Assembly (NCBI GenBank): GCA_963727255.1
Contig: CAVSFC010000002.1
Span: 192,001-256,000 of the forward strand
From: an uncultured bacterium
Lineage (GTDB): Bacteria > Babelota > Babeliae > Babelales > Vermiphilaceae
DNA: 64,000 nucleotides
Reading direction: 5' to 3'
The position numbers were made by a program, and so were the translations under genes. This document shows, one piece after another, positions 52,931 through 61,619 of this stretch; the first letter of the stretch is position 1; every line of letters begins with the position of its first letter. The notes under the pieces are model-generated. The model saw nothing but the letters and a program-made list of their open reading frames with translations, did not search any database and was not told the origin of the DNA.

Positions 52931-53430
52931 CCTTTAACCTCCGGCTTATACACAAAAGTCACCAATCGTTCTTGCCGCTTTTTGCCTTGCCGATCGATCC
53001 ATTGCATTATCACACTTTCAATCAATACATCTTTAAATTTTTTGAGCGCTGAATTTTCGGGGATTTTTTTAAGCTCATAGATTAAAGTAGTTGGCGGCTT
53101 TTCTAATTTTTTTTCAATGCGCTTTTCCTGTTCATCCGGCTTGAGCTGAAACTCAGTATCAACCAAAAATTGTTTTCCCAAGAAAATACGTTGCAATGTC
53201 TGCGATGCACGCGAATTGCTACGCATGACGCCGAGCTGAATAGCGAAAATGGGGGTAAGGATGAGCCCAATAATGGCCATTGCCAGAAGTACTTCTATTA
53301 GGGTGAAGCCAGGCCTAGCATTCAGAAAAGTAGTAAACCGCTCGTCCTGAGCCTGTCGAAGGAAACGAGCGCTCGAATGGTTCGACAAGCTCACCACGAG
53401 CGGATTGGCATTATTTCTGAAAACTCTCAT
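52927..53430 (-). CDS. gspI: Type II secretion minor pseudopilin GspI-like, with a palindromic insertion in its leader
   Basis: PG|FTLIEVLLAMAI; likely start MRVFRNNA overlapping the gspH end. Confidence 0.75.
   Translation of the reverse strand: MRVFRNNANPLVVSLSNHSSARFLRQAQDERFTTFLNARPGFTLIEVLLAMAIIGLILTPIFAIQLGVMRSNSRASQTLQRIFLGKQFLVDTEFQLKPDEQEKRIEKKLEKPPTTLIYELKKIPENSALKKFKDVLIESVIMQWIDRQGKKRQERLVTFVYKPEVKG
53318..53412. repeat. Palindromic element (copy R5), in frame within the gspI leader and flanked by 5-bp direct repeats
   Basis: CCGCTCGTCCTGAGCCTGTCGAAGGA...TGGTTCGACAAGCTCACCACGAGCGG; GCATT at 53318-53322 and 53408-53412, exactly 90 nt apart. Confidence 0.9.
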
Positions 53431-53974
53431 ATACCTTAAACTGCGCATTAAAAGGATTTAGTACCAGTCCAAATTGCCGTGGCTTGCCCGCTGCATTTTG
53501 CTGCTTGGTATCAAGAAAATTAATGGTAACCGTTTGGGTGAGCCCGTCTGGCATTAAGAAAAACCAACTTTCATCTGTGCCCCCCGCACCCCGGCGCGTC
53601 ATTTCATCAAATCCTTCGATAATAAAATTCTTGATCTGGATCGTTGCCGGGATTTTGCCTGACGTATCAAAATGGGATCCCTTAACCCGTTCAAATTCCA
53701 TTTCACCAAGTTTTGTGGTTCCTGTCGGCTGCTCGACCCAAAACAGGTTCTTTTTAAAATTAAAAACAATTCGATGAACTTTGCGTTCAATGAGTGCGCG
53801 TTGCCACGCAAAGCGCGTAATTGCATTTATTTTACCAATAAATGCTTCCCGCTCGCGGCGTGGCAACAGATTTTTGAAGCTTGGAGCAATGATGCCCATA
53901 AGCACTGCAACCAGGGCAAATGCTATGAGCAGCTCTATGAGTGTGAATCCACTCTTAGAGTTTCTTCCACACAT
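53411..53974 (-). CDS. gspH: Type II secretion minor pseudopilin GspH-like
   Basis: SG|FTLIELLIA, RFAWQRAL, FFLMPDG. Confidence 0.8.
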   Translation of the reverse strand: MCGRNSKSGFTLIELLIAFALVAVLMGIIAPSFKNLLPRREREAFIGKINAITRFAWQRALIERKVHRIVFNFKKNLFWVEQPTGTTKLGEMEFERVKGSHFDTSGKIPATIQIKNFIIEGFDEMTRRGAGGTDESWFFLMPDGLTQTVTINFLDTKQQNAAGKPRQFGLVLNPFNAQFKVYESFQK

Positions 53975-54389
53975 CTATCCACTCGCTTTTTGGGGAGCCT
54001 TTATCGTTCGGGCCATACGAATACAATTCATACGGATGTTCTCCCCCAGGAGTTACCGCATAATGGAATGGATGATTAAATCCATCTTTTATATCACCTT
54101 TCTTGGTTTCAATGTACGGCCCAGCCCATTGCTCGGAAGCCTTTTCATCAGCAGGCTTTTTTAACAAATCGCGCAAAGATGCGGGATATTCGCCTACATC
54201 TTCACGGTATTGCTCAAGCGCGTTTCTAATAACGCGTAAACTTTCTACCGTTGCTTTAGCGGCATTTTTTGCCACAATACCACGATACGATACAAAAACG
54301 ACTCCGCCCATGATCATAACCAAAGCGAATGCTATCAGAATTTCTATTAACGTGAATCCTTCTTGCGCATGCCTTTGTGCATAGTTCAT
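53955..54389 (-). CDS. gspG: Type II secretion major pseudopilin
   Basis: EG|FTLIEILI, ALEQYREDVGEYP, WAGPY, DGFNHPFHY, YELYSYGPN. Confidence 0.9.
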   Translation of the reverse strand: MNYAQRHAQEGFTLIEILIAFALVMIMGGVVFVSYRGIVAKNAAKATVESLRVIRNALEQYREDVGEYPASLRDLLKKPADEKASEQWAGPYIETKKGDIKDGFNHPFHYAVTPGGEHPYELYSYGPNDKGSPKSEWIDVWKKL

Positions 54390-54398
54390 AAATGACTC

Positions 54399-55607
54399 CT
54401 AAATAAATTCAGCCTGTTCAATCATCGGTAACATCAATGCGATAATTATAAATCCAATTATAACCGCCATAAGAATCAATAATGCAGGGCCTATTTTTGC
54501 TGCCAAACTATCAGCATATTCGCCCAAATCCTCCTCATAGTTTTTCGCTACGGTTAATAACATCGTATCCAATTGTCCACTTTGTTCTCCAGTGCTAATC
54601 AAATAAATGGCAATCGGAGGAAAAAGATTTGTCTGCTTTAAATATTGTGCAATCTTGCCTTGCTTAATTATTTTATCACGTGCTTCACGTAATGCATCAG
54701 CCAAAACACGATTATCTATAATATTTACCACAATATCCAAGGATTCCGCTAAATTAACTCCACCTTCCAAAAGCATGCCTAAGGTATAGCAAAACTGCAC
54801 GATTGCATTGAGACGGGTAAAATAACCAATGATTGGCAGTTTCAATTTAATTTGATCAATGGTGCGAGCCCCCGACGGAGTCGATTTCCAATATCTATAG
54901 GCAAGATATCCCAAAACCAAGATAATCAGCACCCAAATGTAATATTGCGTAAAAATTTTAGAAAGCCCCAGCAAGATCTCAGTTGAGATCGGGAGTTCCT
55001 TCCCTTGCGTTGCAAAGTTTTCTGCCATAGACGGTACCACAAAAATAAGCAATACGCTTATCACTACCACTGCAACTATCAATTGAATGATCGGGCCGGT
55101 GAGGGCTGAGCGAATACGTTTGCGAATTTCTTGACGACGTTCTAAATAGGAGGTTAAACGTTCGAGAATTATTTCCAATTTGCCACTTGCTTCGCCCGCT
55201 CTAACCAGTTGCACATAAATATTATCAAACGCCTTTGGATATTTTTTTAACGCATCTGCAAATGAAATACCTTCTTTAACCTCATCTTTAATAGTAATGA
55301 GCATGCTGCGAATAGAACCTTCAAACTGCTCAATAAGCAGTTCAAGCGCTTGCAAAAGCGGAACCCCTGATTTTAGCAGCACTGCAAGCTGCCGGGTAAA
55401 AAGAATTTTTTCTTTAATAGTTATATTTTTAGTAAAGAATCTTCGCCACCAGGGCAAAGTGGCTTCCTGGGTTGCCAGCGATACTGAGATAGGATAAATC
55501 CCTTGTTTGCTGAGCTGTTCTTTGGCTGCTTGCAAGGTGGGCGCGTCAATAGTACCGGTAACTTTCTTGCCATCTTTAGAAAATGCCTGATATAAATATA
55601 ACGCCAT
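54399..55607 (-). CDS. gspF: Type II secretion inner-membrane platform protein
   Basis: FTRQLAVLLKSGVPL, VRAGEASGKL, LLEGGVNL, TGEQSGQLD. Confidence 0.93.
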   Translation of the reverse strand: MALYLYQAFSKDGKKVTGTIDAPTLQAAKEQLSKQGIYPISVSLATQEATLPWWRRFFTKNITIKEKILFTRQLAVLLKSGVPLLQALELLIEQFEGSIRSMLITIKDEVKEGISFADALKKYPKAFDNIYVQLVRAGEASGKLEIILERLTSYLERRQEIRKRIRSALTGPIIQLIVAVVVISVLLIFVVPSMAENFATQGKELPISTEILLGLSKIFTQYYIWVLIILVLGYLAYRYWKSTPSGARTIDQIKLKLPIIGYFTRLNAIVQFCYTLGMLLEGGVNLAESLDIVVNIIDNRVLADALREARDKIIKQGKIAQYLKQTNLFPPIAIYLISTGEQSGQLDTMLLTVAKNYEEDLGEYADSLAAKIGPALLILMAVIIGFIIIALMLPMIEQAEFI

Positions 55608-55701
55608 TGCAAAAAATCCTTAATTACAAGAGAATTTGACGCCTTCATGCAAGTATGCTTCAATAAAAATATGCCTGCACCCTTTTTATAAAGGAGCTTT
55701 A

Positions 55702-56631
55702 ATGTATCATAAGCTATTTTTTAGTATAATCATTGCCTGTCTTCTTACTAGTCATAATGCAAAAGGGCGAGATTATCAACATCCTTATTCAAGCGCGGAT
55801 ATTCCCGGCACTAGCGCATATTTTGCCCGATCAGTTTTTGCCAGCAGCATCGGCGACTTTTTGAAGGATATTTTTAATGCCCCTGCCTACGCAGAAAATT
55901 TTCTGCCGAATAATTTCTTTCATATGATTGAATTATTGCAATATGGCAATCAGACTGGCAAAGATAATGTCTATGTAAGAGCGGTAATCCGCTTGTTTGC
56001 CAACAAGATGAAAGCAAGCTCTTATATTAATGCCTATGCTTTTTCTGATCTGCTATCTCAATTGCCCTCAGTATTAGACCGCCATTTTGCTATCAAAAGC
56101 GAAACGGTGCTCAACTCACTCAAAGATATTATCTACGAATTGCAATACCAATCTTTCAAATCTAAATTCCCAGAATTTAAAGCAAGCCCAGAAACATTTT
56201 TGAGCAATCTTGCGCAGCAAATAGAAGATGCGGCTGAACTGCGCAAACTAGTGAATCTCTTTTTAGAAGTCTGTTTGAACAAGCTTATATGGAGCCCGCA
56301 AGATCAATTTGAAACCTGGCAAAATACTAAAGTAGTCGCTGATCAACTCGCTTGCCTCTATCAGCGGACTATCATCGCAGATCTTGAAGATCTCAATAGC
56401 CTCTGCATCACCTTGCTTGAGCGTTATTGCTTCTTTTTAGATGTTGCAGGTGCCCAAATTGATATCGCTACCTATGAAAAAATTAAAGAAGATATCAATA
56501 CCTGCCGCACTCCTTTGCTCGATTTAGCTGAACAGGAAGATGTGCTTGAAACAAAAGCACAAAGGTTAAGCCGCTGCATACTTTCTTTAGAAGCTAAAGC
56601 GCGAGCGCGCGAAAGTGGAATCGTAGTTTAA
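55702..56631 (+). CDS. Hypothetical exported protein
   Basis: AAGGAG SD before MYHKLFF; signal peptide ending AKG. Confidence 0.7.
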   Translation: MYHKLFFSIIIACLLTSHNAKGRDYQHPYSSADIPGTSAYFARSVFASSIGDFLKDIFNAPAYAENFLPNNFFHMIELLQYGNQTGKDNVYVRAVIRLFANKMKASSYINAYAFSDLLSQLPSVLDRHFAIKSETVLNSLKDIIYELQYQSFKSKFPEFKASPETFLSNLAQQIEDAAELRKLVNLFLEVCLNKLIWSPQDQFETWQNTKVVADQLACLYQRTIIADLEDLNSLCITLLERYCFFLDVAGAQIDIATYEKIKEDINTCRTPLLDLAEQEDVLETKAQRLSRCILSLEAKARARESGIVV

Positions 56632-57884
56632 AAATCTACTGCAAGCATTACGCCAACGGTGGTAAAGGCTACTGATCTTTTGCCGCTAAAGGGCAAGCGT
56701 GCAAAGAGTGAAGCTTGTGGCGCAGCCCAGGAATCGGGGCAATGCCGCGCAAAATCATAATTGAGGTTAAATTCTACTGAATGAACTATCCATTCTTCGA
56801 GGCTTGCGGCTGAGTTGGCAATGAGTGATGAAAATTCACATCCATCAAGCGCTAAATGATCATCGCCATGCTTCAAAAACTGATAGCCGACCAATAATGA
56901 TAATCCGCCTCCAAAAAGACGATAGCCTTGCACAAATAAATTAAAACGTTGCGTAAGCCCATAATCTTTATAGGCATCTGCCTTAGCAAGTAAAAGCAGA
57001 TCAGTTTGATCAAAAGCTGTCTTTATTCGCCGTGAACGGGTATTGCCAAAAAGATGCAATAATTGCACATCAAAACCAGCTATAAATTGATCTCCTAACG
57101 CCACATTTAACCCCGCGCCAAATAAAATTCCTACGGCTCCATCATAGCCAAACGGAAATGCAAAAAGTTTATCTTCTGCAGCTCGTTTGCCCGTTGGCAA
57201 AGTTAAACCGCATCTGCCATCAATCTCTACATTTTTGAGCAATGGGCGCTCCTGGGGAAAATTAAAAAGAAACTCGCACAAAAGATTAAGATCGCCAAAG
57301 CCGGTTCTTTTCCATCCGGCAAGAGAAAGATTATTGCCCAATTGGCCAACGATCGTATTTAAATTTTGAATAAGCTGTTGCTTCACACGCATATCAGCAG
57401 CCGTTACATTTTGCGTTAAATCCGTAATCGTAACGTCTGAAAGATCAACTTTATAGATTGGCAATAATGCGGTGATCCATGCATGGGGCAAAAAATACCA
57501 TCGCGCACCAAATGCACCACCAAAATCGAGATTTAGTTTTCCGTTAAGACACAAGTGCCCGCGCACACCATCTTCAGTAGCATTTAATGCAGTGCGCAAT
57601 TGCGTTTGCAAGCTATTTGCAGGGAACCCATTAAGCATGGCAAGCGCATCTTGATTGCACTGATAGATTGCAAGCGGGTTAACCAAATTATCGTGTTCAT
57701 TATACCCACGAGCCGGCCGAACTCCTGCTTCGGCCCAAAATGCAAGCTCAAAACAACGATCGAGATAAATCTCAGGGATGAGCAACGTATCATAGGGGCG
57801 ATGCAAAAGATTCATCCCATCTATCTTTAATGCGCATAATGCAAAAAAAATTAAAAACAATATTGTATGATTTCTGTTTATCAT
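56628..57884 (-). CDS. Putative outer-membrane beta-barrel protein
   Basis: Signal peptide; GFGDL, GLTLPTGK; alternating amphipathic strands; C-terminal VGVMLAVDF. Confidence 0.65.
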   Translation of the reverse strand: MINRNHTILFLIFFALCALKIDGMNLLHRPYDTLLIPEIYLDRCFELAFWAEAGVRPARGYNEHDNLVNPLAIYQCNQDALAMLNGFPANSLQTQLRTALNATEDGVRGHLCLNGKLNLDFGGAFGARWYFLPHAWITALLPIYKVDLSDVTITDLTQNVTAADMRVKQQLIQNLNTIVGQLGNNLSLAGWKRTGFGDLNLLCEFLFNFPQERPLLKNVEIDGRCGLTLPTGKRAAEDKLFAFPFGYDGAVGILFGAGLNVALGDQFIAGFDVQLLHLFGNTRSRRIKTAFDQTDLLLLAKADAYKDYGLTQRFNLFVQGYRLFGGGLSLLVGYQFLKHGDDHLALDGCEFSSLIANSAASLEEWIVHSVEFNLNYDFARHCPDSWAAPQASLFARLPFSGKRSVAFTTVGVMLAVDF

Positions 57885-57909
57885 GGAGCAATTCCTACAC
57901 AAACCTCAC

Positions 57910-58025
57910 CCGTTCGCTTCCAGGCAGGCGCCTTTAGTCCCAAGCGAAGCCGAGCGACAAATCGGGAAGCTTTTTGCATTTCTCGACTCACCCTCGAAAA
58001 CTCGGGATTGCTCGAAACGAGCGGG
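57910..58025. repeat. Palindromic element (copy R6)
   Basis: CCGTTCGCTTCC...TCTCGACTCAC...GCTCGAAACGAGCGG; same ends and core as R3 with extra internal segments. Confidence 0.8.
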
Positions 58026-58030
58026 GGAAA

Positions 58031-60718
58031 TTATTCATTTACTATCAACCCAAAATCGCCACCGATCATCCAATTGCCAGATTTATTGTGGCGCATGATG
58101 CAATTAATGGATGCATCGGCATCCAAAGAAAGCGGCATCACACTTCTTCCCTTTTTAAAACTATTCACAAGTATCGGGAATTTAGATTTTTTTTTGCGCA
58201 GTGTTCCAGTAGTTAAAAACAAGGTGCCATCGGTTGCAAAAAAAGGACTAAAATTACCAATATTCACAAAACTTGAGATATGATCTTTTGCAACGAAATC
58301 AGGCAACGGCATAATTGTTGTATCGCTTATAGACTCATCAATTACTGGTGAAACTGCAAATCGATTTAAGCGAGCAGTATCATTACCAATTGATCCGGAA
58401 ATAACATAAAACTGTCCTGGCCCACGTCCCCAATCGCACGCTTTACCGCTTATGCTGATCGGAATTAAGCAGATCACCGGCCCGCTGCAATCAGGAATTG
58501 CAACTTGAATCCACTGCAAAGATTCTTTGGTATCTGCGCGAATATCTTTTCCATTGCCAACTCGATGCAAGCCGGCGCTATGCGCAAGCAATGCACATTT
58601 TTGGCAAACCGCACAATCAAGAAAAATGCCATAATCACCTGATTGAGTAATTGCACGCGCATCGGCCAATTGAACCGAATCTATCTTGCCTGAAAATAAA
58701 TCGAGCGAAGCTACATCAATACGATCGAAAGATCTATCAGTTAAAATATAGATACAATTTTCATCAACAAGAATTTTGCGAACAAATTCATAATCCCCAA
58801 TGCGTTTAATGTGGGTGCACGGTTCATTTAAATCTAAAACCGCAACTCCCTTAAGGCCCCCCAGCAACATGAGTTTTTGATGAGAGCTTTCAAAAATGGT
58901 TCCGGCAGTCAATGGCCCTAAACCTCGCACAACCTCATCATCAAATATGATTCCTGAATCAGTATTCATATCAAAAAGAAGCGCTTTGCCTAATCCCAAT
59001 ACACCAATATAATCATCGTAATCAAACATCCCTTGAATACCGCCAAACTTTTTAGGAAAATGCTGCTCAATTAAGGCGCCCAATTCTTGTAGCTCACCTG
59101 TTTTGGAATCGAGCCACGCAGTACGCTTAACCGTTTGCACTGAATTTTCATCCTCTCCTGATGCAACAATTAATGAACCCTGCGCAGGAACAATAGTCAT
59201 GCCGGAAATTGTCTCATCATGCATGATCGCTTTTGGTTGCCAAGCGGTCCAGGCTGCTATTACCCCGTTACGATCAAAAATTGCCTGAGAATAATAAACA
59301 CCTGCCTGCTGCCCGTGGCGCGGATTGTTAACAATGGCATATACCGAATCATCTTTTACAAAAATATCTTCTATGGGGCCTGCAACCAGCGGGCCGCCCC
59401 CAACGTGAGCTCGCTGATTTACATCAATAACAAAATCACCGCTCGATTGCGGGATTGCATTAAAGTGTCTTCCTAAATAGAGCTGCGCTCGATCGGTAGC
59501 AGAGAATGCTTCAACAGGTTTTTCATTATCTTTGGCTATAGTGCCATGAACTGCAATACGATCTTGAACCACCTTACCATCGATTCCATGAAAATTAACT
59601 ATCGGCAGAGCAAAAACGCATGCACTGGTTTGTTCGGGCAATCCATTGCCCCTATGAACAATCAAATAATCAAGAATAGTAGTTGTGAGCATACTGCGAA
59701 GTTGACGAATCGAATTGTTTTGATTTTGTAAATTTTCGCAGACCAAATCGCAACTAATAAAAGGACTCAGTATGAATTTTGAATTTTCCATTCTGCCAAC
59801 AAGTATGCCGCATGCTCCATCGGATGATTCTTGATTCCCGCGCATATTAATTCCGATATAAAGCCGGTTAAGGTTCGGGCACCAGTGCATCGCACCAATT
59901 TCTACTTCGCGGCAATCAGTGCCGATTTTAATGCAATCAGATGCACAAGATAGTTGTGCAAAATAAATCTGTTGAAGTTTTTTTTCAGTAATTTTTCTGG
60001 TATGTTTGCCGTCTTTTATAGTGATTTCTTTGGTGAAACTTTCAATATGCTGCTCATCGCCATTTTCCTGCACCTCTTTTTTGAGCGCTTCATACTGTTG
60101 CGCAGTCAGCTCAACCTCTTTAGTCTCAGCGTGTACGGTAAAAACCGCAATCCCACTGGCACCAGCTCCAAACTCTTTCTGGCTGGCCCCTTTAACTGCC
60201 GCAAATGCATAATTTTGTCCGCCGGCTAATGCTACAATCTGACTATCTATTTCCTTATCATTGGCATCTTTAATAACTGGCCCTGATAGAATCTGGCTGA
60301 AATCGGGGAATGTCGCCATAAAAATTCTTTTTGGGTCAGATTGCAAACAAAATGCTGCCGTCTTTTCACTAATCAGGGCAAGAAAAGAGATTACATTATT
60401 GAACAATGGACCATCTTGATCAGCAAGACCATTGAGCATTACTTTTTTATGTGCATAGGGTTTGAAAACATTTTCTACAAAATCAAAAATAGATAAGGCA
60501 AAATCTTTTGATTCTCCCGTTGCTGCTCCCACAATCAAACCATCGGAGATACCCAAATGGGAATGGATCGGGAAAGAAAAACTTCTGTTGGTATCTCTTG
60601 TTTTCGTTTGTTCTTTCGGAGTTTCATTTTTGGGCAATTGCATCGGCAGCACTTGCCATCCATACATATGGTGTGCAAATACCAGAACGAGAGCGATGGA
60701 AAATTTTTTCGAAATCAT
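58031..60718 (-). CDS. Large exported hypothetical protein, beta-rich (possibly beta-propeller)
   Basis: 895-aa ORF; GAGGAG SD; signal peptide. Confidence 0.7.
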   Translation of the reverse strand: MISKKFSIALVLVFAHHMYGWQVLPMQLPKNETPKEQTKTRDTNRSFSFPIHSHLGISDGLIVGAATGESKDFALSIFDFVENVFKPYAHKKVMLNGLADQDGPLFNNVISFLALISEKTAAFCLQSDPKRIFMATFPDFSQILSGPVIKDANDKEIDSQIVALAGGQNYAFAAVKGASQKEFGAGASGIAVFTVHAETKEVELTAQQYEALKKEVQENGDEQHIESFTKEITIKDGKHTRKITEKKLQQIYFAQLSCASDCIKIGTDCREVEIGAMHWCPNLNRLYIGINMRGNQESSDGACGILVGRMENSKFILSPFISCDLVCENLQNQNNSIRQLRSMLTTTILDYLIVHRGNGLPEQTSACVFALPIVNFHGIDGKVVQDRIAVHGTIAKDNEKPVEAFSATDRAQLYLGRHFNAIPQSSGDFVIDVNQRAHVGGGPLVAGPIEDIFVKDDSVYAIVNNPRHGQQAGVYYSQAIFDRNGVIAAWTAWQPKAIMHDETISGMTIVPAQGSLIVASGEDENSVQTVKRTAWLDSKTGELQELGALIEQHFPKKFGGIQGMFDYDDYIGVLGLGKALLFDMNTDSGIIFDDEVVRGLGPLTAGTIFESSHQKLMLLGGLKGVAVLDLNEPCTHIKRIGDYEFVRKILVDENCIYILTDRSFDRIDVASLDLFSGKIDSVQLADARAITQSGDYGIFLDCAVCQKCALLAHSAGLHRVGNGKDIRADTKESLQWIQVAIPDCSGPVICLIPISISGKACDWGRGPGQFYVISGSIGNDTARLNRFAVSPVIDESISDTTIMPLPDFVAKDHISSFVNIGNFSPFFATDGTLFLTTGTLRKKKSKFPILVNSFKKGRSVMPLSLDADASINCIMRHNKSGNWMIGGDFGLIVNE

Positions 60719-60894
60719 GCATTCTCCTCAGTGCTGAAAATTACGGTGGATTCTAGCTTAGATAAAAATCATCAAAGTGGCCAGAAGAAGTTAAATCCCT
60801 TGACCATAGAATCAGCCATTTAATATAGTTTTAAGAAAGATGTATATTTTTTTAATGCCCAAATGTTTAGTATTTTCAACGTAATGATCAGCTC

Positions 60895-61509
60895 ATGAAG
60901 ATAGTAATTTTATTGCTCATCAATTCAGGGCTTTTATGCGCAATGCAAGAGAGCGTACTTGTCAGCGAGCTTTTACCCCTTGATATACATCAGTATTTAT
61001 TGAGGTTTCTAGTTGATGATTATACTACCGTTTTTGTTTTAGCTCGGCTAAATAAAGCGCATCATACATTTATACATAAGCCAGCCCAGTTAAAAATTAT
61101 TATCACCGAGCTGGCTCACAAGAAAAATCGCGAAATTTTTCAGATCGCGCAATCGTTGCCACATATGCCCGGCACTGCTCACGAGAAAATTAAGCAATGG
61201 ATCAACCATCGAAAACAGATTTGGCTTCTTGAGGAAGAACTTATGGATCATTGCGAAAAAAACAATACTCAAAAAGTACAAGAACTTTTAGTAAAAATAC
61301 CAGATCTCGATGTTAATAGAAAAAATAAATATCAAGAAACATGCCTTATGCAAGCAGCATTTAGCAACAATGTAATGTGCATACAAAAACTATTGGCCCA
61401 CGGGGCAGATAAGCATGCGGTAAATGCGAATGGAGAAACTGCCGTTTTTTTTGCAAGCGATCCTACTTGCATAGCATTGCTCAAATCGAAAGATGAAAAA
61501 ACCAGATAG
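60895..61509 (+). CDS. Secreted F-box-like plus ankyrin-repeat protein
   Basis: Signal peptide ending LCA-MQE; LPLDIHQYLLRFL...LARLNK; ETCLMQAA, LLAHGADKH, GETAVFFA. Confidence 0.75.
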   Translation: MKIVILLLINSGLLCAMQESVLVSELLPLDIHQYLLRFLVDDYTTVFVLARLNKAHHTFIHKPAQLKIIITELAHKKNREIFQIAQSLPHMPGTAHEKIKQWINHRKQIWLLEEELMDHCEKNNTQKVQELLVKIPDLDVNRKNKYQETCLMQAAFSNNVMCIQKLLAHGADKHAVNANGETAVFFASDPTCIALLKSKDEKTR

Positions 61510-61619
61510 ACAGCATAGTTTGATCGTTTTGACCATTTACTTCGCCACAATATCTGGTATAACTAACAGATATATATTTATTAAATTTCAAATTAATTTC
61601 ATCCTGGAATTTTCTGATT

